A DNA stretch of 34,426 nucleotides, from the NCBI GenBank assembly GCA_045591385.1, contig JAZNSU010000075.1, positions 1 to 34,426 of the forward strand. The letters run 5' to 3'. The stretch's first letter is position 1, and the number at the start of each line of letters is the position of its first letter. The notes below the pieces were generated by a model. The model made no database searches and was not told where the DNA came from. It saw only the letters and a program-made list of their open reading frames with translations. This stretch comes from Eubacteriales bacterium (GTDB lineage Bacteria; Bacillota; Clostridia; Oscillospirales; UMGS1783). Below are positions 10,619 through 19,670 of the stretch, piece by piece. Made by a program: the position numbers and the translations under genes.

Positions 10619-11368
10619 ATGATCATACTCAAATCGGCTCGTGAGATCGAACTGATGAAAAAAGCAGGCCGTATCGCCGCCGGAGCTCGTGCTCTGGCCG
10701 GCGAGATGGTCGCTCCCGGCATTACCCTCAAAGAGATCGACAAGGCGGTGCACTCTTATATCAAGAGTCACGGTGCCAAGGCGGCTTTTCTGGGTTACGG
10801 CGGATTTCCCGCCTGTTGTTGTATGTCGGTCAACGAGGCTGTCATTCACGGTATCCCCAATGACTATGCCCTCAAAGACGGCGATATCCTGAGCGTGGAC
10901 TTGGGCGCCATCTATCAAGGGTATTACAGTGATTGCGCCGATACCTTTCCTTGCGGAAACATCTCGGCTGAGGATGAAAACCTGATCCGTGACACACGCC
11001 AATCCTTCTGGGAAGCCTTCAAGGTTATGCGCGAGGGCTACCGCATTGGTGATGTGGGTGCGGCGGTTGAGGATTATTGCACGGCACGTGGCTATGGCGT
11101 GGTCTGGGAATATACCGGACATGGCGTGGGTCGAGCCCTGCACGAAGATCCCAGCATCCCCAACCTTGGCCCTGCGGGCCACGGAGCGCGGCTGCGCCGA
11201 GGTATGACGTTGGCTATCGAACCCATGATCAACTTGGGTACGGGCGATGTGGAAAAAATGAACGACGGCTGGACGGTGCTGACGGCGGACCGCAAGCGCA
11301 GCGCTCATTATGAGAATACTGTGCTGATCACCGACGGCGACCCTGTCATTCTAACGACCGAGGACTGA
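10619..11368 (+). CDS. map: type I methionine aminopeptidase
   Basis: 249 aa. Position adk-map-infA. Motifs VIHGIP, DLGA, TGHGVG and EPMIN. Confidence 0.95.
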   Translation: MIILKSAREIELMKKAGRIAAGARALAGEMVAPGITLKEIDKAVHSYIKSHGAKAAFLGYGGFPACCCMSVNEAVIHGIPNDYALKDGDILSVDLGAIYQGYYSDCADTFPCGNISAEDENLIRDTRQSFWEAFKVMREGYRIGDVGAAVEDYCTARGYGVVWEYTGHGVGRALHEDPSIPNLGPAGHGARLRRGMTLAIEPMINLGTGDVEKMNDGWTVLTADRKRSAHYENTVLITDGDPVILTTED

Positions 11369-11369
11369 T

Positions 11370-11639
11370 ATGAAACATAAGTTTGCCTACTCCATTGCCG
11401 GACACGATACCGGTTGGCTGTATTACGTGATCGAGGAAAGGGAAGACGCCTTGCTCTTGGTCAACGGTAAACAGCATAAACTGGCAAGTCCGAAACGCAA
11501 AAACCGCAAACATGTTTTTGTCCTTGAATATGAAAGTGAGTATTTTGCGTCACTTGTCCAAGGCCAAAAACAATTGACCGATAAGGGACTCAGGCGAGAA
11601 CTGAGTCGCCTCAATAACCTTCTTCCAATAGGAGGATAA
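11370..11639 (+). CDS. small KOW-like RNA-binding protein (YbzG-like position between map and infA)
   Basis: 89 aa. Tightly packed between map (gap 1 nt) and infA (gap 2 nt). Same position as B. subtilis ybzG. Family call is from recollection of this conserved slot, not from a search. Confidence 0.6.
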   Translation: MKHKFAYSIAGHDTGWLYYVIEEREDALLLVNGKQHKLASPKRKNRKHVFVLEYESEYFASLVQGQKQLTDKGLRRELSRLNNLLPIGG

Positions 11640-11641
11640 TC

Positions 11642-11860
11642 ATGGCAAAAGAAGATATTATCGAGTTTGAAGGTACCGTACTGGAAGCTCTGCCCAACGC
11701 AATGTTTGCGGTAGAGTTGGCCAATGGGCATAAGATATTAGCCCATATTTCCGGTAAACTGAGAATGAATTATATCAAGATACTTCCGGGCGACAAGGTT
11801 ACCGTGGAAATCTCCACCTACGACCTGTCCAAGGGCCGAATCATTTGGCGCTCGAAGTAA
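11642..11860 (+). CDS. infA: translation initiation factor IF-1
   Basis: 72 aa. [21 protein letters not shown]...[16 protein letters not shown]. Confidence 0.98.
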   Translation: MAKEDIIEFEGTVLEALPNAMFAVELANGHKILAHISGKLRMNYIKILPGDKVTVEISTYDLSKGRIIWRSK

Positions 11861-11868
11861 GGGTATAA

Positions 11869-11997
<129 letters not shown>

Positions 11998-12016
11998 TTA
12001 AGGAGGTGCAGATCTA

Positions 12017-12385
12017 ATGGCAAGAATTTCCGGCGTTGACATTCCCAACGAAAAACGCGTAGAGATCGGCCTGACCTACATCTATGGTGTCGGTCGCGCC
12101 AGATCCAATGAGATCCTGGCTGGTACGGGCATTGACCCGAACACCCGCGTTAAGGATCTGACCGAGGATGAAATTTCCAAGATCCGTGAGTACATGGAGC
12201 ACCACTACGAAGTAGAGGGCGACCTGCGTCGTGCTACTGCGCTGAACATCAAGCGCCTGGTCGAGATCGGCAGCTACCGTGGACTTAGACACAGAAAGAG
12301 TTTGCCGGTGCGCGGTCAGCGCAGCAAGACCAATGCGAGAACCCGCAAAGGCCCTGCCAAAACCATGGCAAACAAGAAGAAATAA
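12017..12385 (+). CDS. rpsM: 30S ribosomal protein uS13
   Basis: 122 aa. [10 protein letters not shown] start and [14 protein letters not shown]. Confidence 0.97.
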   Translation: MARISGVDIPNEKRVEIGLTYIYGVGRARSNEILAGTGIDPNTRVKDLTEDEISKIREYMEHHYEVEGDLRRATALNIKRLVEIGSYRGLRHRKSLPVRGQRSKTNARTRKGPAKTMANKKK

Positions 12386-12401
12386 GAAGGAGGATTGAAT
12401 C

Positions 12402-12797
12402 ATGGCTAAAGCTACTAAGAAAGTTGTCAGAAAGCGTCGCGAGAAAAAGAATATCGAGCGTGGCGCGGCTCATATTCGCTCCTCTTTCAATAACACCATA
12501 GTCACCATCACCGACATGGACGGCAACGCTCTGTCTTGGGCCTCCGCCGGCGGACTTGGTTTCAGAGGTTCGAAGAAGTCCACTCCGTTTGCTGCCCAGA
12601 CGGCTGCCGAAACGGCTGCTAAGGCTGCTATGGAGCATGGTCTTAAGACAGTTGAAGTGTACGTCACCGGTCCGGGTTCCGGCCGTGAGGCGGCAATCAG
12701 AGCTCTTCAGGCTGCCGGTCTTGAGGTAACGATGATCAAAGACGTTACCCCCATCCCCCACAACGGATGCCGCCCGCCCAAGAGAAGAAGAGTATAA
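12402..12797 (+). CDS. rpsK: 30S ribosomal protein uS11
   Basis: 131 aa. [11 protein letters not shown] and [18 protein letters not shown]. Confidence 0.97.
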   Translation: MAKATKKVVRKRREKKNIERGAAHIRSSFNNTIVTITDMDGNALSWASAGGLGFRGSKKSTPFAAQTAAETAAKAAMEHGLKTVEVYVTGPGSGREAAIRALQAAGLEVTMIKDVTPIPHNGCRPPKRRRV

Positions 12798-12813
12798 CGG
12801 AGGTACGTGAACA

Positions 12814-13446
12814 ATGGCAAGATATACAGGCGCCGTTTGCAAACAGTGCATGAGAGAACGTCAGAAGCTCTTTTTGAAGGGCGATCGTTGCTACAGCGAG
12901 AAGTGCGCTCTCACCAGACGTGAGAAGTTGCTGGCTCCCGGTCAGCATGGCGCTCGCCGCCGCAAACTCTCCGAGTACGGCACTCAGATGCGCGAGAAGC
13001 AGAAGGCAAGAAGATTTTACGGTGTTCTTGAAGGTCAGTTCGCTAAGTACTACGAAATGGCCATCAAGATGAAGGGTGTTGCCGGTGAGAACCTGCTCAC
13101 CATTCTGGAAAGCAGACTGGATAATGTGGTTTACCGTCTCGGTTTCGCCATGTCCCGTCCTGAGGCTCGTCAGCTCGTCGTTCACGGCCATTTCACCGTT
13201 AACGGCAAGCGTGTTGACATTCCCTCCTATCTGGTAAAAGCCGGCGATGTGATCGCGGTTAAGGAAACCAGCATGGACAGCACCAAGATCAAGGCGGTTC
13301 TGGAAGCCAACGCTTCCAAACCCGTACCCAAGTGGCTCGAATCCGATAAGGAAAAGGCCGTTGGTAAGGTTATCACCCTCGCAACCAGAGAAGACATTGA
13401 TCTTCCTGTCGAGGAGCATCTCATCATCGAGTACTACTCCAAATAA
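12814..13446 (+). CDS. rpsD: 30S ribosomal protein uS4 (N-terminal four-Cys form)
   Basis: 210 aa. [15 protein letters not shown]...CYSEKC start. S4 domain near the C-terminal half. Confidence 0.96.
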   Translation: MARYTGAVCKQCMRERQKLFLKGDRCYSEKCALTRREKLLAPGQHGARRRKLSEYGTQMREKQKARRFYGVLEGQFAKYYEMAIKMKGVAGENLLTILESRLDNVVYRLGFAMSRPEARQLVVHGHFTVNGKRVDIPSYLVKAGDVIAVKETSMDSTKIKAVLEANASKPVPKWLESDKEKAVGKVITLATREDIDLPVEEHLIIEYYSK

Positions 13447-13517
13447 TCCCACATAAAGTCCGTGCTAACATTCTATTAGCATAACAAAAAGAACTATTTT
13501 GAAAGGGAGAATTTACG

Positions 13518-14471
13518 ATGATAGATATTGAAAGACCGCAAATCGGCGTTGAATTTGTATCGGAAGACGAAACCTACGGTAAATTTACCGTAGATCCGCT
13601 CGAGAGAGGCTATGGTATTACCTTAGGTAACTCCCTGCGCCGCATCATGCTCTCCTCACTGCCCGGCGTAGCCGTCCAGTCGATTAAGATCGATGGCGTG
13701 GCTCATGAGTTTTCTACTATCCCCGGCGTGAAAGAGGATGTGACCGAGCTGATCCTCAACATGAAGGGCTTGGTTGCCAAACTGTACAGCGATGGCCCCA
13801 AGGTCGTTTATATTGAAGCCGTTGGTCCTTGCGAAGTTAAGGCCGGCGACATCAAGACCGATTCCGACGTCGAGATCCTCAATCCCGATATGCACATTGC
13901 TACTCTCGGCAAAGAGGGCAAACTCTTTATGAGCGTTACCCTCGGCAAGGGCCGTGGCTATGCGCTGGCCGATAAGAACAAAGAACTTACCGGCGGCATT
14001 ATCGGTGAAATTCCCATCGACTCGATCTATACCCCTGTTTTGAAGTGCAACTACTCGGTATCGCCCATGCGTGTCGGTCAGGTTACTGACTTCGACCGCC
14101 TGACTCTGGAAGTCTGGACCAACGGTGTCATCTCGGCTAAAGCCGCCGTGGCGCTGGGTGCTAAGATTATGAGCGATCACCTGAGCTTGTTCATCAACCT
14201 GTCTGAAATGGGCAAATCCGCCGACGATGTGTGGAGAGCCGATCAGACGGCCGATAACCGCAAGATTCTGGACATGACCATTGAAGAACTCGACCTGTCG
14301 GTTCGTTCCTTCAACTGTCTCAAGCGTGCCGGCATCAACACGGTAGACGATCTGGCCAACAAGACACAGGAAGACATGATCAAGGTTCGTAACCTTGGTA
14401 AGAAGTCGCTGGAAGAGGTGATTGCAAAACTCAAGTCCCTCGGTTTAGCTTTGAGAGACGAAGAAGAATAA
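13518..14471 (+). CDS. rpoA: DNA-directed RNA polymerase alpha subunit
   Basis: 317 aa. [11 protein letters not shown] motif and C-terminal [14 protein letters not shown]. Confidence 0.97.
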   Translation: MIDIERPQIGVEFVSEDETYGKFTVDPLERGYGITLGNSLRRIMLSSLPGVAVQSIKIDGVAHEFSTIPGVKEDVTELILNMKGLVAKLYSDGPKVVYIEAVGPCEVKAGDIKTDSDVEILNPDMHIATLGKEGKLFMSVTLGKGRGYALADKNKELTGGIIGEIPIDSIYTPVLKCNYSVSPMRVGQVTDFDRLTLEVWTNGVISAKAAVALGAKIMSDHLSLFINLSEMGKSADDVWRADQTADNRKILDMTIEELDLSVRSFNCLKRAGINTVDDLANKTQEDMIKVRNLGKKSLEEVIAKLKSLGLALRDEEE

Positions 14472-14527
14472 TAAGTGTTTAGCCGACAACGGCCAAACAA
14501 GGCATTATTAGAAGGAGGTACAGGGTT

Positions 14528-15106
14528 ATGCCCGGAACCAGAAAGTTAGGCAGACCTACCGATCAGAGAATGGCTATGCTTCGCGGCATGGTGACCTATC
14601 TGCTCGAAAACGGCCGCATTGAGACTACTCTCACTCGTGCCAAAGAGGTATCTGCCCTCGCTGAAAAAATGATCACCTTAGGCAAAAAGGGTGACCTGGC
14701 TGCATACCGTCAGGCGCTCGCCTTTATTACCAAAGAGGATGTGGCTCATGATCTGTTCACCATCCTTGCTCCCAAAATGGCCAAGCGTAACGGCGGTTAC
14801 ACCCGCATCTACAAGCTCGGTCCCCGTCGTGGCGACGGTGCCGAGATGGCCATTATCGAACTGGTAACGGTTCGTGAGGAGATGGAGGCCGCTGAAAAGA
14901 AGAAGAAAGCTGCCGCCAAGCGCGCTACTGCCAAGAAGGCTCCCAAGAAGGTTGAAGAAACCGTTTCTGTGGAAGAAGCCGACAAGGCCGCTGCCGAAGA
15001 GATCAAGGCTGAGGTTGCTGAGGAAGTCAAAAAGGCTACCGCCAAGAAGACTGCCGAGAAGGCTGAAGCTGCCGAAGTAACGGAAGAAACCGCTACCGAA
15101 GAATAA
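14528..15106 (+). CDS. rplQ: 50S ribosomal protein bL17 with long K/A/E-rich C-terminal extension
   Basis: 192 aa. Core is [17 protein letters not shown]...[23 protein letters not shown]. It is followed by about 79 low-complexity residues. Confidence 0.95.
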   Translation: MPGTRKLGRPTDQRMAMLRGMVTYLLENGRIETTLTRAKEVSALAEKMITLGKKGDLAAYRQALAFITKEDVAHDLFTILAPKMAKRNGGYTRIYKLGPRRGDGAEMAIIELVTVREEMEAAEKKKKAAAKRATAKKAPKKVEETVSVEEADKAAAEEIKAEVAEEVKKATAKKTAEKAEAAEVTEETATEE

Positions 15107-15111
15107 GAGAA

Positions 15112-15142
15112 AAAGAGATACTCGAAAGAGTATCTCTTTTTT
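15112..15142 (+). terminator. rho-independent terminator ending the ribosomal superoperon
   Basis: 12-bp perfect stem AAAGAGATACTC / GAGTATCTCTTT with GAAA loop, then a T-run. Starts 6 nt after the rplQ stop. Confidence 0.9.
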
Positions 15143-15178
15143 GTAGCAAGAAAACCACGGGAAAATGCCGAAAAACCA

Positions 15179-15207
15179 TTGCAAAATTTGGCATTTCGTA
15201 TTATCAT
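15179..15207 (+). promoter_or_regulatory. candidate sigma-70 promoter of the carbohydrate cluster
   Basis: TTGCAA (15179-15184), 17-nt spacer, TATCAT (15202-15207). About 40 nt upstream of the first SDR gene. Confidence 0.5.
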
Positions 15208-15248
15208 AAAAATAGAATATTTTTATTACCATACAGGAGGAGCATTTC

Positions 15249-16025
15249 ATGTTACGCACAGAAATGACCGGAAAAGTTGCAGTCATTCCCGCCGGTGCCG
15301 GTGTCATCGGGGAGGCGATCTGCAAGACCTTTGCGGCATCCGGCGCCGCTGTCGCCGTCTGCGATAAGGATGTTGCCGCCGCCAAAAGAGTGGCCGCTGT
15401 GATCACCGCTGCCGGCGGTACCGCCAAGGGCTATGCCCTGGATATTCGCAAAAAAGAAACTTTCACCGATGTCGTGTCGGCCATCGCTGCCGATCTCGGC
15501 GGTATCGATATTTTGATCAACAACGAGAATGAGGAAATCGCTCCTGACGATCGGAAACCTCTGCATGAATTCGATATGGATATGTATGACGATATGGTCA
15601 ATGCCGGTATCAACGGTATCTACTATTTTTCCAAAGCCTGCACGCAGGAAATGGAAAAGCGCGGTAAGGGTGCCATTGTTAATGTCCTCTCCATTCGTGG
15701 TCTTGTGCCTGTGGCGAATCAGAGCCCCGTTGTCGCCTGTGCCGCCGCTCAGATTGGATATACCCGTATGTGGGGTGTCGAGATGAAGGACTATAACATT
15801 CGCGTTAACGCTGTCGCCGCCGGTCTTTCCCGTAATGAAAAGAACGCCGATACCTTGACCAATCCCGAGGCGAAACTCTCCCATGTCGCTGTCAAACGCC
15901 TGTGCGAGCCGGCCGACGTGGCCAATGCCGCTCTGTTCTTGGCCAGCGATGATGCCGCCTACATTACCGGCGCCGTATTGCCCGTCGATGGTGGTCTCAA
16001 TGCCGGTTACGTGAGAAGCTTCTAA
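15249..16025 (+). CDS. SDR-family protein lacking catalytic Tyr and Lys (probable non-catalytic paralog)
   Basis: 258 aa. Rossmann GAGVIG and C-terminal ITGAVLPVDGG typical of SDRs. The YxxxK position reads V161..A165, and NNAG is NNEN. Confidence 0.8.
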   Translation: MLRTEMTGKVAVIPAGAGVIGEAICKTFAASGAAVAVCDKDVAAAKRVAAVITAAGGTAKGYALDIRKKETFTDVVSAIAADLGGIDILINNENEEIAPDDRKPLHEFDMDMYDDMVNAGINGIYYFSKACTQEMEKRGKGAIVNVLSIRGLVPVANQSPVVACAAAQIGYTRMWGVEMKDYNIRVNAVAAGLSRNEKNADTLTNPEAKLSHVAVKRLCEPADVANAALFLASDDAAYITGAVLPVDGGLNAGYVRSF

Positions 16026-16038
16026 GGAGGAATGGACA

Positions 16039-16938
16039 ATGAGAATCGATTGTGATAGAGTCAATGATCCCATCGAGAAAATCTTTGATGGTGTCTATGG
16101 ATATAAAAAGCCCTATAACTGCATGAAAGCCGATTTGAAGGACCGTGTGGCCGTTATTACCGGCGCTTCGGGCATGATCGGCGGCGCTACGGCTGACTTG
16201 TTTGCCAAGTCGGGTTGCCATATTGCCATCCTCGATATTGCTGATGAAGCGGGCGAAGCCCGTGCCAAGCGCATCCGTGAAGAAGACGGTGTTAAGGCGA
16301 AGTATTATCATTGCAACCTCGGCTCCCGCGACGAGATTACCTCGATTATTAAGCAGGTCTATGCCGACTTCGGTAAGATCGATATCCTGTTCTGTAACGC
16401 CGGCGGCAACTGGGGTAACCGCGAACCCTTGCCTAAATTTGACGATCAGAAATTTGAATTGAATAATGATCTGAACCTACATAACGGCACCGTTTGGATC
16501 ATCAAGCAGGTTATCCCCCAGATGATCGAGCAGGGAAGCGGAAGCATTATGCTGACCTCCAGCGTCTGCGGTGTGACGGGTCTGCGCCGCCAGTGTGGCT
16601 TCGTTGGTTCGAAGTTTGCCATGGCTGCCCTGACTAAGTCGATGGCTCTCGAATACGCCAAGTACGGCATCCGTGTTAATTGCTTAGCTCCCGGAAGCCT
16701 GCCCCTGCCTCAGGCCAAGCTCAACTTCCTGTGGGATACCGTTTCGTTTGAAGATTATGATTCCAACTTTGAACATCCCGACAGCATGGTTTACGATATC
16801 GCCGCTCGTCGTCCCGCCTATCCTACTGATATGGCCGGTCTGATGCTCTATCTGGCTTCGGACGATGCTTCCTATACCACCGGTCAGGTTATCTGTGTCG
16901 ACGGTGGCTGGACCGCTGGTTTTTCGGGCGATTATTGA
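16039..16938 (+). CDS. SDR-family oxidoreductase with Phe at the catalytic Tyr position
   Basis: 299 aa. TGASGMIG, NAGG, SS175, F188-x3-K192 and IRVNCLAPG. About 35-aa N-terminal extension. AGGAGG 8 nt upstream. Confidence 0.8.
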   Translation: MRIDCDRVNDPIEKIFDGVYGYKKPYNCMKADLKDRVAVITGASGMIGGATADLFAKSGCHIAILDIADEAGEARAKRIREEDGVKAKYYHCNLGSRDEITSIIKQVYADFGKIDILFCNAGGNWGNREPLPKFDDQKFELNNDLNLHNGTVWIIKQVIPQMIEQGSGSIMLTSSVCGVTGLRRQCGFVGSKFAMAALTKSMALEYAKYGIRVNCLAPGSLPLPQAKLNFLWDTVSFEDYDSNFEHPDSMVYDIAARRPAYPTDMAGLMLYLASDDASYTTGQVICVDGGWTAGFSGDY

Positions 16939-16956
16939 TAAAAAGGAGAGAAAATC

Positions 16957-17730
16957 ATGGCAAGTTTTGCACAAAAAGTAGCCGCCCATCGTGTCGGCAA
17001 AGGGGAATTGGCCGTATTCTATGTCGGTCAAGCGGGTTATCTCATCAAAACACATGACGGTAAACTCATCGGTCTGGACATGTATTTGACCGACTGTGTC
17101 GAGCGCCTTTGCAATTTCCGCCGCATCAGCGCCAAGATTCTTGCGCCCGATGAACTGACCTTTGATTATGTTCTGGTTTCTCATAACCATCCCGACCATT
17201 TCGATGTGGACGCTCTGCCCATCATTATGAGTGATCCCAATACTAAAATGATCACCAGCGTTTGCGGCAAAGAGTCGGCCGATCAGGCGGGCATTAAGAA
17301 AAATGTATTCCCCCTGCGCCGCGGCGAAGATATTAAGTTTGACGATATCCGCGTCCGTGCCGTCTTCTGCGATCACGGCAAACTGGCGCCCAACGCCCTT
17401 GGCTTTATCATTGAGATCGACGGCTTTAAACTTTATTATGCCGGCGATACCTGTTATAGCCCCGACGAGGTGGAAGACCTCAAGCGTGAGAAGTTTGATC
17501 TCATGATGGCGCCCATCAATGGCGCGTTCGGCAACCTTAACGAGGAAGAGTGCGCCAAATATGCCGCTCTGCTTGAGCCGGAAATGACTCTGCCTTGCCA
17601 TTTCTGGACCTTCGTGGAGCACGGCGGCGATCCTCGCAAGTTTGTCGAGGCCATGAAAACGCAGGCGCCTGAACAGGCCTATACCTTCCTGACTCAGGGC
17701 GAATACGTGCAGCTGAGGAAAGACGTATGA
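16957..17730 (+). CDS. MBL-fold metallo-hydrolase (UlaG-like lactonase candidate)
   Basis: 257 aa. HxHxDH motif as SHNHPDHFD. The substrate call is inference only. Confidence 0.7.
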   Translation: MASFAQKVAAHRVGKGELAVFYVGQAGYLIKTHDGKLIGLDMYLTDCVERLCNFRRISAKILAPDELTFDYVLVSHNHPDHFDVDALPIIMSDPNTKMITSVCGKESADQAGIKKNVFPLRRGEDIKFDDIRVRAVFCDHGKLAPNALGFIIEIDGFKLYYAGDTCYSPDEVEDLKREKFDLMMAPINGAFGNLNEEECAKYAALLEPEMTLPCHFWTFVEHGGDPRKFVEAMKTQAPEQAYTFLTQGEYVQLRKDV

Positions 17731-18686
17731 TTGAGATAAAGAAAAGTATGTATAAGGATATCGAGTCGATTGTTGTGACCACCGATACCCTCATTGCCAC
17801 CTTCCTGCCCTCACAGGGCGGTAAACTGGTCTCCTTGATCCGTAAGGAAACGGGACGGGACTATTTGGCCCAGCGCAAAGGTGAAACCTATCGCAAACTG
17901 GGGCTCGACAACTCCTATGTGCAGGCCGAATGTTCGGCTTATGACGATATGTTCCCGACCATCGACCCGTGGGCGTACCCCGACGGACCGTTGAAAGATA
18001 AGCCCTATCTGGATCACGGCGAGGTCTCCCGTACGCCAGCCAAGGCAACGATAGGCGAAGGGTATTTGGACACCTTCATGCGCTCGCAGTTCCTGCCCTA
18101 TACCTTTGAAAAGCATATTACCGAGAACGCCCGTGGCGGCATCCGTATCGAGTTTACGGCCACCAACACGGGAGATGTGGATATGGACTTTATCTGGGCG
18201 GCTCACTTCATGGCCAACGCCGAAGATGGCGGTACGGTCATCAGCCCCTTTGTCGATGGCGATCAGGCCGAAATGGTCTTCTCTTCCGATGCCAACCGCT
18301 TTGGCAAGCGTAACGATATTGTTACTTTACCCTACGGCGTGGACGGCAAAACCCGTATCGATCGTAGCAATAAGCACGACGAGGTAAACGGCGATAGTTG
18401 GAAATTCTATTACAGCGACAGGTGCCCCGCAGGGTATCTGGGTTATCATTATCCTTCCGATAATTCTCGGTTGATGTTCACCTTCGACGAAACTTTAGTG
18501 CCCTATGCCGGAATCTGGATGAACGACGGTGACCATGGCGGTGCCCTTTCCGAGCTTCATAACTGTGCGCTCGAGATCTGCACCGGTTCCTTTGACCGTC
18601 CCGACACCGCTCGTGCTCGCAACCAGTACAGTGTTCTCCCCGCAGGGAGCCAATTTAAGTGGTTCTTAGAATTAGATATTATTTGA
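17727..18686 (+). CDS. galactose-mutarotase-fold (aldose 1-epimerase-like) protein
   Basis: 319 aa. ATGA overlap with the upstream gene. Loose resemblance to the epimerase family (GGKLVSL, DHGEV, AAHFM, LEICTG). Not confirmed by search. Confidence 0.45.
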   Translation: MIEIKKSMYKDIESIVVTTDTLIATFLPSQGGKLVSLIRKETGRDYLAQRKGETYRKLGLDNSYVQAECSAYDDMFPTIDPWAYPDGPLKDKPYLDHGEVSRTPAKATIGEGYLDTFMRSQFLPYTFEKHITENARGGIRIEFTATNTGDVDMDFIWAAHFMANAEDGGTVISPFVDGDQAEMVFSSDANRFGKRNDIVTLPYGVDGKTRIDRSNKHDEVNGDSWKFYYSDRCPAGYLGYHYPSDNSRLMFTFDETLVPYAGIWMNDGDHGGALSELHNCALEICTGSFDRPDTARARNQYSVLPAGSQFKWFLELDII

Positions 18687-18702
18687 AAGGAATATCAATA
18701 CC

Positions 18703-19632
18703 ATGGGAAAAGTAGTAGTAGCAGGATCCTTTATTTATGACATCGCGGCTTACGTGCCGCACGCCCCCGTCGCCGGTGAAACGGTCATGGGCTATGAGTG
18801 CAAGACCGGCCCCGGCGGAAAGGGCTCCAATCAGGCCGTCGCCGCCGCCAAAGCAGGCGCCGATGTGACCATGATCACTAAGGTCGGCAAGGACGATTTT
18901 GCCAAGGCCATGTTCGATTTCTACAACGCCAACGGCATGTCCACCAAGTACATCTATGAAACGACCGAAGCCGGCACCGGCGCCGCCCCCATTATCATCG
19001 ATGAAACGGGTCAGAACCGCATCGCCGTCATCTTGGGCGCCAATGCTCTGCTGACCGCCGCTGAAGTGGCCGCCGCTGAAGAAGAAATTGCCGCTTGTGA
19101 TGTAATCATCACCCAGTTCGAAACCTGTAACGAGGCGGTGACCGAGTTCATCCGTCTGGGTAAAAAACACGGCAAGATGATCATTGTCAATCCAGCCCCC
19201 ATCAATAAGACCATCTCGGAAGAGATCTATCAGGGTGTCGATTATGTTACCCCTAACGAAACCGAGGCCGCCGCTCTGGCCGATATGGATACGGTCGAAA
19301 CCATCGACGATGCCCGTGAAGCCGCCAAGCGCATTATCAAACTCGGTGCCAAGGCCGTTCTGATCACACTCGGCTCCAACGGCTCCTTCCTCTATAACGG
19401 CAAGGAAGAATTCCATGTCATGCCCATCAAGGTCAAGGCCGTCGATACCACCGGTGCCGGCGATGCCTTCAACGGCGGTTTCGCCTGCGCCAAGTCCTAT
19501 GGGCTGGGCGATCTGGAAGCCATGCAGTTTGCTACCTGCGTAGCCGGTCTCTCGGTTACCAGACAGGGCACCTCTCCCGCCATGCCGACGCGTGACGAAA
19601 TGCTGGAATGTTTGGAAAAGAACTTTAAATAA
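18703..19632 (+). CDS. PfkB/ribokinase-family sugar kinase
   Basis: 309 aa. GGKGSNQAVAAAKAG and DTTGAGDAFNGGFA signatures. Confidence 0.88.
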   Translation: MGKVVVAGSFIYDIAAYVPHAPVAGETVMGYECKTGPGGKGSNQAVAAAKAGADVTMITKVGKDDFAKAMFDFYNANGMSTKYIYETTEAGTGAAPIIIDETGQNRIAVILGANALLTAAEVAAAEEEIAACDVIITQFETCNEAVTEFIRLGKKHGKMIIVNPAPINKTISEEIYQGVDYVTPNETEAAALADMDTVETIDDAREAAKRIIKLGAKAVLITLGSNGSFLYNGKEEFHVMPIKVKAVDTTGAGDAFNGGFACAKSYGLGDLEAMQFATCVAGLSVTRQGTSPAMPTRDEMLECLEKNFK

Positions 19633-19633
19633 A

Positions 19634-19670
19634 AAGAAATCGGAACCGAAAGGTTCCGATTTCTTTATTT
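19634..19670. terminator. bidirectional rho-independent terminator
   Basis: 14-bp perfect stem AAGAAATCGGAACC / GGTTCCGATTTCTT with GAAA loop, flanked by A-run and T-run. Lies between convergent genes and overlaps the stop of the minus-strand hydrolase. Confidence 0.9.

Noticed and set aside
13463-13481. Inverted repeat TGCTAA-N7-TTAGCA upstream of rpoA, sharing GCTAA/TTAGC with the feo palindromes.
   Set aside because: The half-sites are in the opposite order (GCTAA..TTAGC rather than TTAGC..GCTAA), the stem is only 6 bp, and the context is unrelated to metal uptake. It is probably a weak intercistronic hairpin or chance.
14880-15100. Repetitive GCC-AAG-AAG / GCT-GCC-GAA stretch, considered as a tandem repeat or separate gene.
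   Set aside because: It has no exact repeat unit and is in frame with, and continuous with, rplQ. It is treated as a low-complexity protein tail (reported as a finding instead).
15163-15196. AAATGCC-N20-GGCATTT inverted repeat overlapping the -35 of the carbohydrate-cluster promoter.
   Set aside because: The arms are only 7 bp with a long spacer, and no cognate regulator is nearby. This is easily explained by chance.
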